Below are positions 54,976 to 63,342 of a stretch of DNA of 64,000 nt, piece after piece. The stretch covers positions 4,022 to 68,021 of the IMG/VR virus record IMGVR_UViG_2974760311_000001. One strand, given 5' to 3'. Position numbers and translations under genes: made by a program. The notes under the pieces are model-generated. The model saw nothing but the letters and a program-made list of their open reading frames with translations. It was not told where the DNA came from and searched no databases. The DNA comes from a virus (Duplodnaviria > Caudoviricetes). Within the stretch, counting starts at the first letter, position 1. Each line of letters starts with the position of its first letter.

Positions 54976-55182
54976 ATGGACGATCCTTACCTGATTACCG
55001 ATGCCGCTGAGATGGGGCCGGATGGCGCTCACTTCGGCTGCCGTATGGAGCAGTTGAGCCTTGAGGGGCCTTGGCGGTGTATCGGTATGCATTGCGCGTT
55101 TTGCGGTAAGCCATGTGGCGCTCAGGGCCATGTCCGTTGCCGTAAGCAGTCAGTCAATATCGTGGTTGACCTCGATGAGTAA
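54976..55182 (+). CDS. Small Cys-rich protein
   Basis: HCAFCGKPCG..H..C. Confidence 0.5.
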   Translation: MDDPYLITDAAEMGPDGAHFGCRMEQLSLEGPWRCIGMHCAFCGKPCGAQGHVRCRKQSVNIVVDLDE

Positions 55183-55304
55183 GGTCGCGGCGATTCGTCG
55201 CCAGGAGCTACGTCGGTCGAATGCGGCGGTGCCTCATAGGAACCGTTACCGCGAGTTTAAGTCTGGAAAGGACAAACGTGGGGCCATAGCCGAGGGGGTA
55301 GCGG

Positions 55305-55727
55305 ATGCCAGGGAATCTAAGGAAAAAGGGCGGGACTGGTAAGACCGAGAGGGATTACCTTCGTGCTCGTCGCCGGGTGTTGAGGCAGTCGCAGATTTGT
55401 GCGCTGCCGACGTGCCGCAAGGCGATTGACCTTAACCTTAAGCCGATCTGCCAGTATGTCGATACTTCGACGTACACGGTGGAGACGGCGCATTTGATTC
55501 CCTTGGTGTGCGGGCCGGAATGCCGTGCTGAGAAGCATCATCGTAAGGCGAATCCGTGGGGTCCGTCCGCTAACCACAAGATTTCTGTGGCTTCGTTGCC
55601 ACCTGATTCACCGCTCTTGGCGTCCGCTAAGAACCTTGAGCCGATGCATTTGAAGTGCAATCAGGAGCTTGGTGACGGCAAGAATGTTAAGCCTCGACAT
55701 AAAACGTCGAGAGATTGGTTCGCATAG
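55305..55727 (+). CDS. HNH endonuclease
   Basis: CALPTC..ANHK..NLEPMHLKCNQELG; near the genome end, where packaging-associated HNH genes often lie. Confidence 0.7.
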   Translation: MPGNLRKKGGTGKTERDYLRARRRVLRQSQICALPTCRKAIDLNLKPICQYVDTSTYTVETAHLIPLVCGPECRAEKHHRKANPWGPSANHKISVASLPPDSPLLASAKNLEPMHLKCNQELGDGKNVKPRHKTSRDWFA

Positions 55728-55951
55728 TGTCGGATACCGAGAATCAGCCCGACGATCAGGGCAACTTGATGGTTGCTGAGCTGCGTATTGTCCAGTACAT
55801 CGACTCTGAGGGCACGCTTAATACTGTCGATTTGTCGCAGGGGCCTGGCGGCAAAGAGTTGGCTGAAGAGGAATATTCTCAGCTTATTGACTGGGCGCAG
55901 GCGTTTACGATTGCCCCTAAGGTCGCGGCTATTTTGGCGGCTGATGATTGA
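55727..55951 (+). CDS. Hypothetical protein
   Basis: Acidic 74 aa, GTG start. Confidence 0.55.
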   Translation: MSDTENQPDDQGNLMVAELRIVQYIDSEGTLNTVDLSQGPGGKELAEEEYSQLIDWAQAFTIAPKVAAILAADD

Positions 55952-56059
55952 GGTTTACAACTCGGATATGGATGCGCGCTGTTCTGTGTGTGATGACATG
56001 ATTCGGCGCGGTGATGAGGTTGTGGAGTTCGCGGGCGAGTTGTTTCACGGGGAGTGTGC

Positions 56060-56365
56060 GTGAGCATTAATCCGTTCTATGGGCCGTTGCCGTCGATTGA
56101 GGACGTTAACCGGGCTATTGAGTTCGTCGGCTGGGCTTACGAGGGCGGCAATGATGTGGCTGTGGAGATGTACCGCGAGCGGTATGGGGACGCGCCTAAC
56201 TTTGCGTTCGACTCTCCGGATATGGGTCTGCTGCTGTCGCTGACGTACCTTAAGCGGGCGTTGTGCCTGATAGGTGAGGGTAAGCGGATTCGTTACCCGG
56301 TTGGCGGCGACGGGAATCCGATCATTTCACCTCTTGTGGAGGACCCGAGTGGAGTTCAAAGCTGA
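56060..56365 (+). CDS. Hypothetical protein
   Basis: GTGA overlap, 101 aa. Confidence 0.55.
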   Translation: MSINPFYGPLPSIEDVNRAIEFVGWAYEGGNDVAVEMYRERYGDAPNFAFDSPDMGLLLSLTYLKRALCLIGEGKRIRYPVGGDGNPIISPLVEDPSGVQS

Positions 56366-56610
56366 GTGTTGTGAGCCGGGGCATGACTGGTGCGATCCGT
56401 GCTGCGTGTGTGGCGAACCGGAGGGGCTTAATGAGCGGCCCGATTTGTCGCCGCCTGCTAATCCGATTCCGTCGCGTGTGAAGCGTAAGCGGGAGATTAA
56501 GAATCCGTGGCCGCAGGACAAGAGGGGCTGATGGAGTTCGTGATGGAGTGCATTTGGTTTGCAACCAAGTGTTTCCTGACGTGGGTTGTCCTGCTGCTGG
56601 TCTTTGCAAT

Positions 56611-56684
56611 GGTCCTGTAGGCAAATTGGCAAAGCCGCGTCACTCAAAATGACGTGTCTGTGGGTTCGAGTCCCACCGGGACTA
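56611..56684 (+). tRNA. tRNA-Leu(CAA)
   Basis: GGTCCTG/CGGGACT acceptor; loop CT-CAA-AA; T loop TTCGAGT; short variable arm. Confidence 0.9.
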
Positions 56685-56685
56685 C

Positions 56686-56759
56686 GCTGCCTTAGCTCAG
56701 ATGGCTAGAGCGCCGCTCTCGTAAAGCGGAGGTCGCGGGTTCGAGGCCCGCAGGCAGCT
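56686..56759 (+). tRNA. tRNA-Thr(CGT)
   Basis: GCTGCCT/AGGCAGC; CCGCT-CTCGTAA-AGCGG. Confidence 0.92.
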
Positions 56760-56789
56760 CGTAAGTACAACTGAATATTGGGAGTTTTG

Positions 56790-56954
56790 ATGACTGAAGT
56801 TGATCCGATCTGGGCGGCGAAGCAAGAGCTGGGTGTGATCCAGAAGCTTGATGAGCGTGAGTGGCCGAAGGTGCCTGCTCCGGCTCCTGTTGAGGTCGAC
56901 GAGGATAAGCCTAAGCGTGGCCGTCCTAAGGCCCCTGAGGTTGATGAGAGTTAA
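56790..56954 (+). CDS. Small hypothetical protein inside tRNA cluster
   Basis: 54 aa (MTEVDPIWAAKQELG..PKRGRPK..), GGGAG RBS, preceded by ACAACTGAATA. Confidence 0.6.
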   Translation: MTEVDPIWAAKQELGVIQKLDEREWPKVPAPAPVEVDEDKPKRGRPKAPEVDES

Positions 56955-57046
56955 GGGATTACCCCGCTTCACGGCGTGTGGCCCCTTCGGTTAGTCCACC
57001 GACTGAACGGCCCGCAGGAGGGTAGCTGCGTTATCAAGCGGCCTTT

Positions 57047-57119
57047 GCCTCGTTAGCTCAGTTGGTAGAGCTGCCGACTCTTAATCGGTAGGTCGCAGGT
57101 TCAAGTCCTGCACGGGGTA
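57047..57119 (+). tRNA. tRNA-Lys(CTT)
   Basis: GCCTCGT/ACGGGGT; loop CT-CTT-AA. Confidence 0.92.
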
Positions 57120-57130
57120 CTCATTGCTAA

Positions 57131-57213
57131 GCGTCGGAGGTACCTGTTGGTTTGGTACACCTGCCTGTAAAGCAGGCGCTTCGGCTTCGGGGGTTCGATT
57201 CCCTCCCGGCGTA
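57131..57213 (+). tRNA. tRNA-Tyr(GTA)
   Basis: CCTGC-CTGTAAA-GCAGG; long variable arm; GGGGG-TTCGATT-CCCTC. Confidence 0.88.
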
Positions 57214-57223
57214 CTTAGTTCAA

Positions 57224-57296
57224 AGCTCGGTAGCTCAATTGGTAGAGCAACGGTCTCCAAAGCCGTGGGTTCCCCGTTCGAGTCGGGGCCGGGTTG
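57224..57296 (+). tRNA. tRNA-Trp(CCA)
   Basis: ACGGT-CTCCAAA-GCCGT; CCCCG-TTCGAGT-CGGGG. Confidence 0.88.
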
Positions 57297-57297
57297 C

Positions 57298-57371
57298 GGA
57301 ACTGTAGGCAAACTGGAAAAGCCGCCTGACTTAGGATCAGGTGTTTGCGAGTTCGACTCTCGCCAGTTCTA
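57298..57371 (+). tRNA. tRNA-Leu(TAG)
   Basis: GGAACTG/CAGTTCT; CCTGA-CTTAGGA-TCAGG. Confidence 0.9.
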
Positions 57372-57372
57372 C

Positions 57373-57442
57373 GCTAAGTAGCTTAATGGTAAAGCGCCCC
57401 GTTGTGGCCGGGGTGATTCCGGTTCGATTCCGGGCTTAAGCC
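57373..57442 (+). tRNA. tRNA-His(GTG), acceptor stem with 1-nt bulge
   Basis: CCCCG-TTGTGGC-CGGGG; 5' GCTAAG vs 3' CTTAAGC. Confidence 0.75.
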
Positions 57443-57444
57443 AC

Positions 57445-57533
57445 GGAAAGTAAAGCAGGCCGTGAGAGTGCCGACTGGTCTTGAAAACCAGGTGTCCCGT
57501 TAGGGGCTGGGGGGCGGGTCGCTCTGCTTTCCG
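57445..57533 (+). tRNA. tRNA-Ser(TGA) with aberrant T arm
   Basis: GGAAAGT/GCTTTCC; CTGGT-CTTGAAA-ACCAG; T loop reads GGGTC instead of TTCRANT. Confidence 0.65.
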
Positions 57534-57575
57534 CTTTAGACATACATTCACGCTGACTTACTTGGGGGGTGGTCC

Positions 57576-58283
57576 GTGTCTGAGGTTAAGAGCCTTTACG
57601 GCACGCGTTCCTCTCGCTACTGGTCGGAAATGCCGGGGAAGATGGATGTGCTTAACCTGCGCATGATCTTCCCGTCTAGCTCGCGGGAGGGCATTCCGGA
57701 TTTGCAGCGATGTGATTGGGTGCCTGATTTCCTGGGCGCTTGGCATATGCCGCGCCAGCGGGCGCGTGCTGCGCGGGAGAACGGTGCTCTGCACTTCTTT
57801 CTGGATGACTACCGCTTTGAGACGGCCTGGTCGACGCCTGAGAAGCTGTCTGACCGCGTTTTGTCGGTGGGTGCGGCTTTGGAGCCGAACTTCAGTCTGT
57901 ATTACGACATGCCGCGCGCTGCGAAGGTGTGGAATACGTACCGGACGCGTTGGTGTGGTGCCTATTGGCAGTCGCTCGGCGTGAAGGTCATTCCTACGGC
58001 CTGTTGGGCACGCTCAGACACTTTTGAGTATTGCTTTGATGGGATACCGCAGGGTGGGCCTGTTGCGCTGTCTACGTTGGGCGTGAGGGCCACTCCGGAG
58101 GACATTGAGATTTTCAATGATGGCTTGCGGGAGCTGGTGGACCGTGTTCAGCCGTCCGTGATCTTGTCGTACGGGAAGCTGCGGTATGTGCCGGATAGCG
58201 TGTCGCTGCCGGAAGTGCGGGAGTACCCGACGTTCTGGGATGTGCGCCGCGATGAGCTTAAGGCTGTCGATGGGGCGCGGTAG
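57576..58283 (+). CDS. DUF4417-like protein
   Basis: GIP.L, LHFFLDDYRFE..W, PNFSLYYDMP..WNTYRTRW.G.YWQ..G..VIPT, FDGIP, ILSYG. Confidence 0.8.
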   Translation: MSEVKSLYGTRSSRYWSEMPGKMDVLNLRMIFPSSSREGIPDLQRCDWVPDFLGAWHMPRQRARAARENGALHFFLDDYRFETAWSTPEKLSDRVLSVGAALEPNFSLYYDMPRAAKVWNTYRTRWCGAYWQSLGVKVIPTACWARSDTFEYCFDGIPQGGPVALSTLGVRATPEDIEIFNDGLRELVDRVQPSVILSYGKLRYVPDSVSLPEVREYPTFWDVRRDELKAVDGAR

Positions 58284-58614
58284 GGGCGGCGGTCCCGCTA
58301 AGTCGCGGTCTAACACGGTGACGTTGTATCACCGGACGAGTGATCCGGCTGCCGCTCAGTCGATTGTTGAGAATGGCTTCAGCCCGAAGTACCGGCCTGG
58401 CACTAGCGAGTCTTACGTTAAGGAGAACTCGCAGTATGGGTTCTTTTCGCGGGATGTGAATTCACAGGCTGGCTATGGCGAGCATGTGGTGACGGTGAAG
58501 GTGCCTAAGTCGGCGGTTGAGAAGGACCCGTGGTCGGGTGAGTATCGCGTGAAGGTTCAGGACCTTCAGAACGCTAAGTTTCGGCAGTATAAGCCGCGTA
58601 AGAAGCGTAAGTAA
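58270..58614 (+). CDS. Small ADP-ribosyltransferase-fold-like protein
   Basis: MGRGRGGG N-terminus; TLYHRT..SIVENGF..GFFS..GEY pattern. Confidence 0.55.
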   Translation: MGRGRGGGPAKSRSNTVTLYHRTSDPAAAQSIVENGFSPKYRPGTSESYVKENSQYGFFSRDVNSQAGYGEHVVTVKVPKSAVEKDPWSGEYRVKVQDLQNAKFRQYKPRKKRK

Positions 58615-58615
58615 T

Positions 58616-58689
58616 GCCGCTGTGGCCGAGTGGCTAGGCACCGGCCTGCAAAGCCGGTTAGTCCGGTTCGATTCCGGAGGGCGGCTCCA
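58616..58689 (+). tRNA. tRNA-Cys(GCA) with encoded CCA
   Basis: CCGGC-CTGCAAA-GCCGG; TCCGG-TTCGATT-CCGGA; ends TCCA. Confidence 0.9.
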
Positions 58690-58882
58690 TCTCACTGGCG
58701 TACTGCTCTTCGCACTTGCGGACGACGCGCCGCAGTCCGGAGATTTCAGCCCTTAGCATCTGGATCGTGTCGAGCGCTTCAATGTGGCTGTCGATGACCT
58801 GCTTGTAGTCGTTCAGGCTGACGTGGTAGTCGAACTTATTGGTGTAGTGGCGCTTCTCGATAAGCGTTTCCCGCTTCATCAT
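58658..58882 (-). CDS. Hypothetical protein (3' end antisense to tRNA-Cys)
   Basis: MMKRETLIEKRHY.. coiled coil; start re-assigned to 58882. Confidence 0.5.
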   Translation of the reverse strand: MMKRETLIEKRHYTNKFDYHVSLNDYKQVIDSHIEALDTIQMLRAEISGLRRVVRKCEEQYASEMEPPSGIEPD

Positions 58883-58888
58883 GGTTGT

Positions 58889-58952
58889 TCCCCTGTCGTT
58901 TAATTGGCAGGACGCCGGGTTGTTGCCCCGGTTGCGCCCCGTTGAAGCGGGC
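58889..58952 (+). pseudogene. tRNA-Asn(GTT) remnant
   Basis: D arm GTTT-AATTGGC-AGGAC and CCGGG-TTGTTGC-CCCGG are intact; T arm is distorted and the 3' acceptor strand is missing. Confidence 0.55.
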
Positions 58953-58971
58953 ATATCTCCGTAAGTACCGG

Positions 58972-59044
58972 TGCCCCCAGCAGGACTCGAACCTGCGACC
59001 TGTCGCTTAAAAGGCGATAGCTCTACCAACTGAGCTATAGGGGC
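58972..59044 (-). tRNA. tRNA-Lys(TTT), isolated and on the opposite strand from the cluster
   Basis: GCCCCTATAGCTCAGTTGGTAGAGCTATCGC-CTTTTAA-GCGACAGGTCGCAGGTTCGAGTCCTGCTGGGGGCA. Confidence 0.95.
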
Positions 59045-59058
59045 CTGCGGGCCTGAGT

Positions 59059-59355
59059 CTAGCAGTGCCCGCGTGCGTGGGCGTAGTCGCGCCAGCGGTG
59101 GTATTCGTGGATGTTCTCTGCGGACACGACTTCCAGCAGGGCGACGATCCGGCCTAGGCGTTCGTCGTTGTGCTCGTGGTCCTGCTTGGACAGTTCGTGT
59201 GCCTCGCGTGCGAGCCTGAGTGCGCCACGGAGCTGGTCGTCTGTGCGGCTTAGCCGGGAGCGGATGGCTTCGGCGCGGTCGGCGCTCTGTTCACGCTTGG
59301 CGTGGTCGCAGGCGCATGGCCGCGCGAGTGATGAGCAGGGGATTTGGCAGGTCAT
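59059..59355 (-). CDS. Hypothetical protein
   Basis: 98 aa, helical, N-terminal Cys cluster. Confidence 0.55.
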   Translation of the reverse strand: MTCQIPCSSLARPCACDHAKREQSADRAEAIRSRLSRTDDQLRGALRLAREAHELSKQDHEHNDERLGRIVALLEVVSAENIHEYHRWRDYAHARGHC

Positions 59356-59359
59356 GGCC

Positions 59360-59500
59360 TTAGTCCTCGAATCGGTCGTAGTCCTCGAATCGGTCGTAGT
59401 AGGCGTCCACGTCGGGTTCGTCGTCCAGGTACGCCTCGAAGCGTGCTTGCGCGGCGGTCATGAGCGGTTCGCCCTCTTCGTTGAAGTAGCGGCCTGGCAT
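59360..59500 (-). CDS. Small acidic protein with duplicated YDRFED
   Basis: 46 aa read manually; 18-bp tandem repeat at 59363-59398; GAAAGG RBS. Confidence 0.55.
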   Translation of the reverse strand: MPGRYFNEEGEPLMTAAQARFEAYLDDEPDVDAYYDRFEDYDRFED

Positions 59501-59686
59501 GTTCGGTCCTTTCACTTGAGTGTGACTGTGGTGTCGAATCCGTGTTTGTTGAGTTCATGTTGGACGGCTTGGAGCGCTAAGGACTTAAGGTCGTCCCTGG
59601 CTCCGCGTGGGCCGACGATTTGGAAAGCATCGGCCCATTGTTCGAGGTCAATGTTGATGACCAAGTTGACGATAACTCGGTCCACA

Positions 59687-60406
59687 TTAAACGTCCTGGA
59701 ATCGCCAGTTTTCCACGTCTTCGGGGAGCACAACGATTTCGTCCTCGTTGCGGCCAGTGAAGTAGGCAATGACCTTCTCCTTAGAAACGTGGCCGGTAGC
59801 GATGCGCGGCCATTCGCAGTCAGGGTCGATGTGGAATCGCCTGGCGAACCACTTAGCTTTCTCTTGGTCGAGGGTCCAAGACATGCCTTCTTCGCCGCCG
59901 TCGTACATGAAGCCTCGGTAGACGGTTAGCACGTCGGGTAGGAGCGCTAAGGCAGCTTGTTCCTCTTTGTCCATGAGCATGTGCCGGTCGGGTCGGTTGG
60001 CGGTGAGCGTTTCGCGCCAGGTGTCGCGGTTCTGCCAGATGTTCTCGCTGTCTGTCCAGACGTTGCCGAGAAGTTGCCAGTATTCCTGGTCTTCAAGCTG
60101 GTCTTGGAAGATGTTGAACGCGTTAAGCCGGTAAGGCCGCTCGTAGAGGAACACGGCGTTATTCCATTTCCGGCCCGCGATGGCCTCACCGAGCGCTCTT
60201 CGCTTGGCCTCGTATGTGGCGTTGATGCGTGCGTGCTCGCGCTCGTGGAATAGGTAGGCGTAGACGAGCGGGTGCTTGATCATGACGCCGATTTCCGTGT
60301 CGACGGTGTATTCGGCCAGGTGGGGGTGTATTGGCTCAACGGGTTGGTTGAGCAGGTCCACAATGGACTGGATTTGCGCTTCTCGGGTTGTGGCTTCGTC
60401 GCTCAT
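59687..60406 (-). CDS. R-S-ExE type ADP-ribosyltransferase-like protein
   Basis: LTVYRG, SWTLD..A..FA, RNEDEIVV; ATG 60406 lies 8 nt from a TACTAT -10 (leaderless). Confidence 0.65.
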   Translation of the reverse strand: MSDEATTREAQIQSIVDLLNQPVEPIHPHLAEYTVDTEIGVMIKHPLVYAYLFHEREHARINATYEAKRRALGEAIAGRKWNNAVFLYERPYRLNAFNIFQDQLEDQEYWQLLGNVWTDSENIWQNRDTWRETLTANRPDRHMLMDKEEQAALALLPDVLTVYRGFMYDGGEEGMSWTLDQEKAKWFARRFHIDPDCEWPRIATGHVSKEKVIAYFTGRNEDEIVVLPEDVENWRFQDV

Positions 60407-60413
60407 GGTTCCC

Positions 60414-60441
60414 ATAGTACACGCCCTGTAGTGAGTGTCAA
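60414..60441 (-). promoter_or_regulatory. Sigma-A-like promoter
   Basis: TTGACA-16-TACTAT with TG extension on the minus strand. Confidence 0.75.
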
Positions 60442-60750
60442 CCCTGAGGTTTCCACAAAATCTTAGCGCACACTAATTCGGGCTTAAGCTCCTTAGGGAA
60501 GTCTTTAGGCTCGTTGCGGTTCATGCCGTCGAACCATTCCCGTGCTTGGGCCTCGTTATCCATGCGCATATAGACCGGTTTGTCACCAATGTCATTGCGC
60601 TTAATGGCCCAAATGGTGCCGCCGTCGTAGAAGCTGGGTTTACTGGCGTGCAATTCCCAGTCGTCAACGGTGTCCCAGTTACCGGCGCACATCATGCCAA
60701 GATCGTCTACGCAGTAATAGCTGCCGTTGTGGGCTTGCTTAAGGTTGTGT

Positions 60751-60978
60751 TTAGTCGTCTTCATTCCAGCGTTCTCCGGCGTAGGTTGGGTCGAACCAAT
60801 CGGGTGGCGTGGCGCTGTCGGGGTAGCGCTTACGTGTTTCTTCAATCTTGGGCCAGGTGCGTGCGTAATACTCGGCGTAGTGCCGTTCGCACCGGGGGTA
60901 GCGCTCTCCACTTCCGGAGAGCGCTTCGTACATCAGTACCTCACCCGCGCAACCGTCGGGTCCTTCTAGGCAGTCCAA
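60751..60978 (-). CDS. Hypothetical protein
   Basis: CLEGPDGC.GEV..SGSG..YPRCERH..PSWFDP-like motif common in mycobacteriophages. Confidence 0.65.
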   Translation of the reverse strand: MDCLEGPDGCAGEVLMYEALSGSGERYPRCERHYAEYYARTWPKIEETRKRYPDSATPPDWFDPTYAGERWNEDD

Positions 60979-61006
60979 GGGTTACCCCCCTTTTGTCACT
61001 GTGACG

Positions 61007-61975
61007 TTACTTGAGCAGGCCAAGCCTCTTCAGGACCATTGGCACGAACTCGCCCGCCTCTTTGTCGTTGCGAATGACCGGAATGTAGATCGAGTACGGG
61101 GGAAAGTCGTCCATGTCGGTCGCATCGTGGATGACGGAACCGTAGCCGCCGTCGTTGTGGATGCCGCACGCCTTGCGTACGTCGGCGTCGTGCGAGTGCA
61201 TCGCGTTGAAGATGTGCGCACGGTCAACCTCGTCGCACAGAAGCACTCCCCCGTTCGGGTTGGTTGCCCAATCGTAAACAACGGTAGGCACGTACTCCCC
61301 GTTAGCCGACATGTAACCCTTCAGCTCGCTCGCGGTGGACTGAAGATGGAAATTGATTGCGTAGAAGTCCAGACCAAGTGCCTGAGCGGCTTGCTCGCAC
61401 ACGTGAGTCTTACCAACGCCAGGCGCGCCAACGAGCTGCAAGTTCTCACCGCTGGCAATGGCCTTCAGAATGTCGTCAAATTGCTTGTGGGTCACGCCTT
61501 CAATCTCACGCGTTTCGCCATCCTTAACGACAATGGTCCGCTCAGGGAAAACAACGTCCTGAAGCTTCTCGTCAACAACCTTGGTCACAATGTCGACTAC
61601 CTGAGCTTCGTCGATTTGCTTGGTAGCCATGATCTCAGCCAGCATTTCGAGGACCTTAGCCATGCGCGGGTCAGTAGCGGGAGCGTCGCCAGCGGGGACC
61701 TCAGCGGGGACCTCAGCGGGGACCTCAGCGGGGACCTCAGCGGGAGCGTCGCCCTGGCGCTCGCCAGCGGGGACCTCACCCTTGGTGGGGCACACGTGAA
61801 GGTACTGAACGGGGAGCGAGTCACCCTGAGCCGCTTCACGGGTCAGCCGGTTAGCCATAACGCGACGCTCCACGCCATTCTGGTCAGTAGCCAAGTAGAA
61901 CGGCCCTTCATTGCCGCACTCGCAAGCGGAGCGCATCGTGCGGAGCGAGACCTTGGTGAGGGACGTAACGGACAT
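61007..61975 (-). CDS. AAA+ ATPase (MoxR/CbbQ-like), apparently truncated and fused
   Basis: Walker A GAPGVGKT and Walker B LLCDEVD; only ~70 unrelated residues follow; start ATG 61975 after GAAAGG. Confidence 0.7.
   Translation of the reverse strand: MSVTSLTKVSLRTMRSACECGNEGPFYLATDQNGVERRVMANRLTREAAQGDSLPVQYLHVCPTKGEVPAGERQGDAPAEVPAEVPAEVPAEVPAGDAPATDPRMAKVLEMLAEIMATKQIDEAQVVDIVTKVVDEKLQDVVFPERTIVVKDGETREIEGVTHKQFDDILKAIASGENLQLVGAPGVGKTHVCEQAAQALGLDFYAINFHLQSTASELKGYMSANGEYVPTVVYDWATNPNGGVLLCDEVDRAHIFNAMHSHDADVRKACGIHNDGGYGSVIHDATDMDDFPPYSIYIPVIRNDKEAGEFVPMVLKRLGLLK
61691..61738. repeat. 12-bp VNTR x4 encoding (PAEV)4
   Basis: AGCGGGGACCTC x4, flanked on both sides by AGCGGGAGCGTCGCC. Confidence 0.95.
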
Positions 61976-62042
61976 TTCGGGACCTTTCGGTAGGTGTGGC
62001 GCGCGCTCCGGGCGGAGCGGCTGTGTCGTGGTGACAGGGATT

Positions 62043-62071
62043 AAGGTACACACCGCGTACGGTGAGTGCAA
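62043..62071 (-). promoter_or_regulatory. Sigma-A-like promoter for AAA gene
   Basis: TTGCAC-17-TACCTT; transcript leader TCCCTGTCACCAC shared with the 63343 promoter. Confidence 0.7.
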
Positions 62072-62678
62072 ATTCAGGGTACAACCTAAGTAGTTTGCGC
62101 TGGTCAACGCGCTAGGTGAGCGTGTCGCTAAGGGCACTCAGGGCACAAGTGAGCGCGGTTAGGGGAGCTGGCGCGGCCTAGGGGAGCGGTTACGGGGAGC
62201 TAGGCCAGGCCAGGCCAGGCCAGCGACGGTGCTGCTTGGTTGGCAATCGCTGGCCAGGGGAGCGCGCTAGCGAGCGGCCAGGCCGTCGCACGCGTAAGCG
62301 GCCTAAGCCAGCGCGGCCTTAGTCGACGTTAGGGACCGCGCCAGGACCGTCAACCACAGCGCGGCCTAGGCAACCGCTACGGGGAGCGCTAAGCGTCGCT
62401 TAGGGGAGCGCTCAGCGGCCAGGCACGCGGCCTGGCGAGCGGCCAGGGGAGCGCACACAAAAAAGTGACCCGGCAACCAAGCGGTTACCGGGTCACTAAG
62501 GGACTAAGCGGCCTATGCGCGGCCAGGTGCTTACCGGTCCTCGTGGCAGGAGCAGGAGCGGCAATCGTCGCAATGGTTGCGGCCATGCTCCAAGCATCCG
62601 TGCCATGCCTTAAGGCCAGTATGTGGGTCCTCGTATGCGCACATGTGGGTTACCTCCTGGTGTGTGTGCCTTAACGCG

Positions 62679-63305
62679 TTAGCGTGCGTACTGCGCGGAA
62701 ATCTCGACGCGCTGGATAAAGCGCTGCGCTTCGCCGATCAAATTCCGCATTTCTGCCCGTTCGAATTCGGTCAATTGCGCGGCCAGCTCGCTAGCGCGCG
62801 TGGCCCGTTCGATGGCGCTAAGCGCGTACCCGGTTGAACGGTGCTCATAAGCCCGGTCCAAAAGCTGGCCTGCGTTACGGGCCAGCCGATCATAGGCAGC
62901 GTAGGTATCGCTGTGCCGGTAGTCGCTGGCCTCTTCTGCCCAATCGAGCATTTCCTCAACGTCCTCAGCGCTAGGCATAGCGTCAGGGTCGGAGTGGTCG
63001 GCATACTCGTCAGCGTCAACGTCAGCGTCGGTAGCGCTGGCGCTCAGCGGGGAGCTAGCGAGACCTGACTCAATCTCAGGCAGCATGATCGCCGAAACAA
63101 CCTTGGTATCCAGCTCCATAACGTCCGTCCATTGCGTTGCGCCAGTGCGCACCGTGACCCAAACCGACGTAGGCGCGTAGCCAGCATCCATCAGTGCAAT
63201 CCGACGCTGGATAGCTTCGGTAAGCGTTGCGAACGACTCGCCCGACTCACCGAACACGTTGACGCGTGCGACGGCCTCACCAGCGGGAGCGACATAAGCG
63301 AACAT
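62679..63305 (-). CDS. Hypothetical acidic protein
   Basis: MFAYVAPAG.. start after GAAAGGA; 208 aa. Confidence 0.65.
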   Translation of the reverse strand: MFAYVAPAGEAVARVNVFGESGESFATLTEAIQRRIALMDAGYAPTSVWVTVRTGATQWTDVMELDTKVVSAIMLPEIESGLASSPLSASATDADVDADEYADHSDPDAMPSAEDVEEMLDWAEEASDYRHSDTYAAYDRLARNAGQLLDRAYEHRSTGYALSAIERATRASELAAQLTEFERAEMRNLIGEAQRFIQRVEISAQYAR

Positions 63306-63342
63306 TGGGAATTCCTTTCGGTTGGCTGTGGTGACAGGGACC

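Noticed and set aside
57445-57533. Opal suppressor or Sec tRNA
   Set aside because: The anticodon triplet is TGA, which reads UCA (Ser), not TCA.
58658-59029. 123-aa minus ORF as annotated from 59029
   Set aside because: The upstream part is read through tRNA-Lys(TTT) and the Asn remnant; the real start is more likely 58882.
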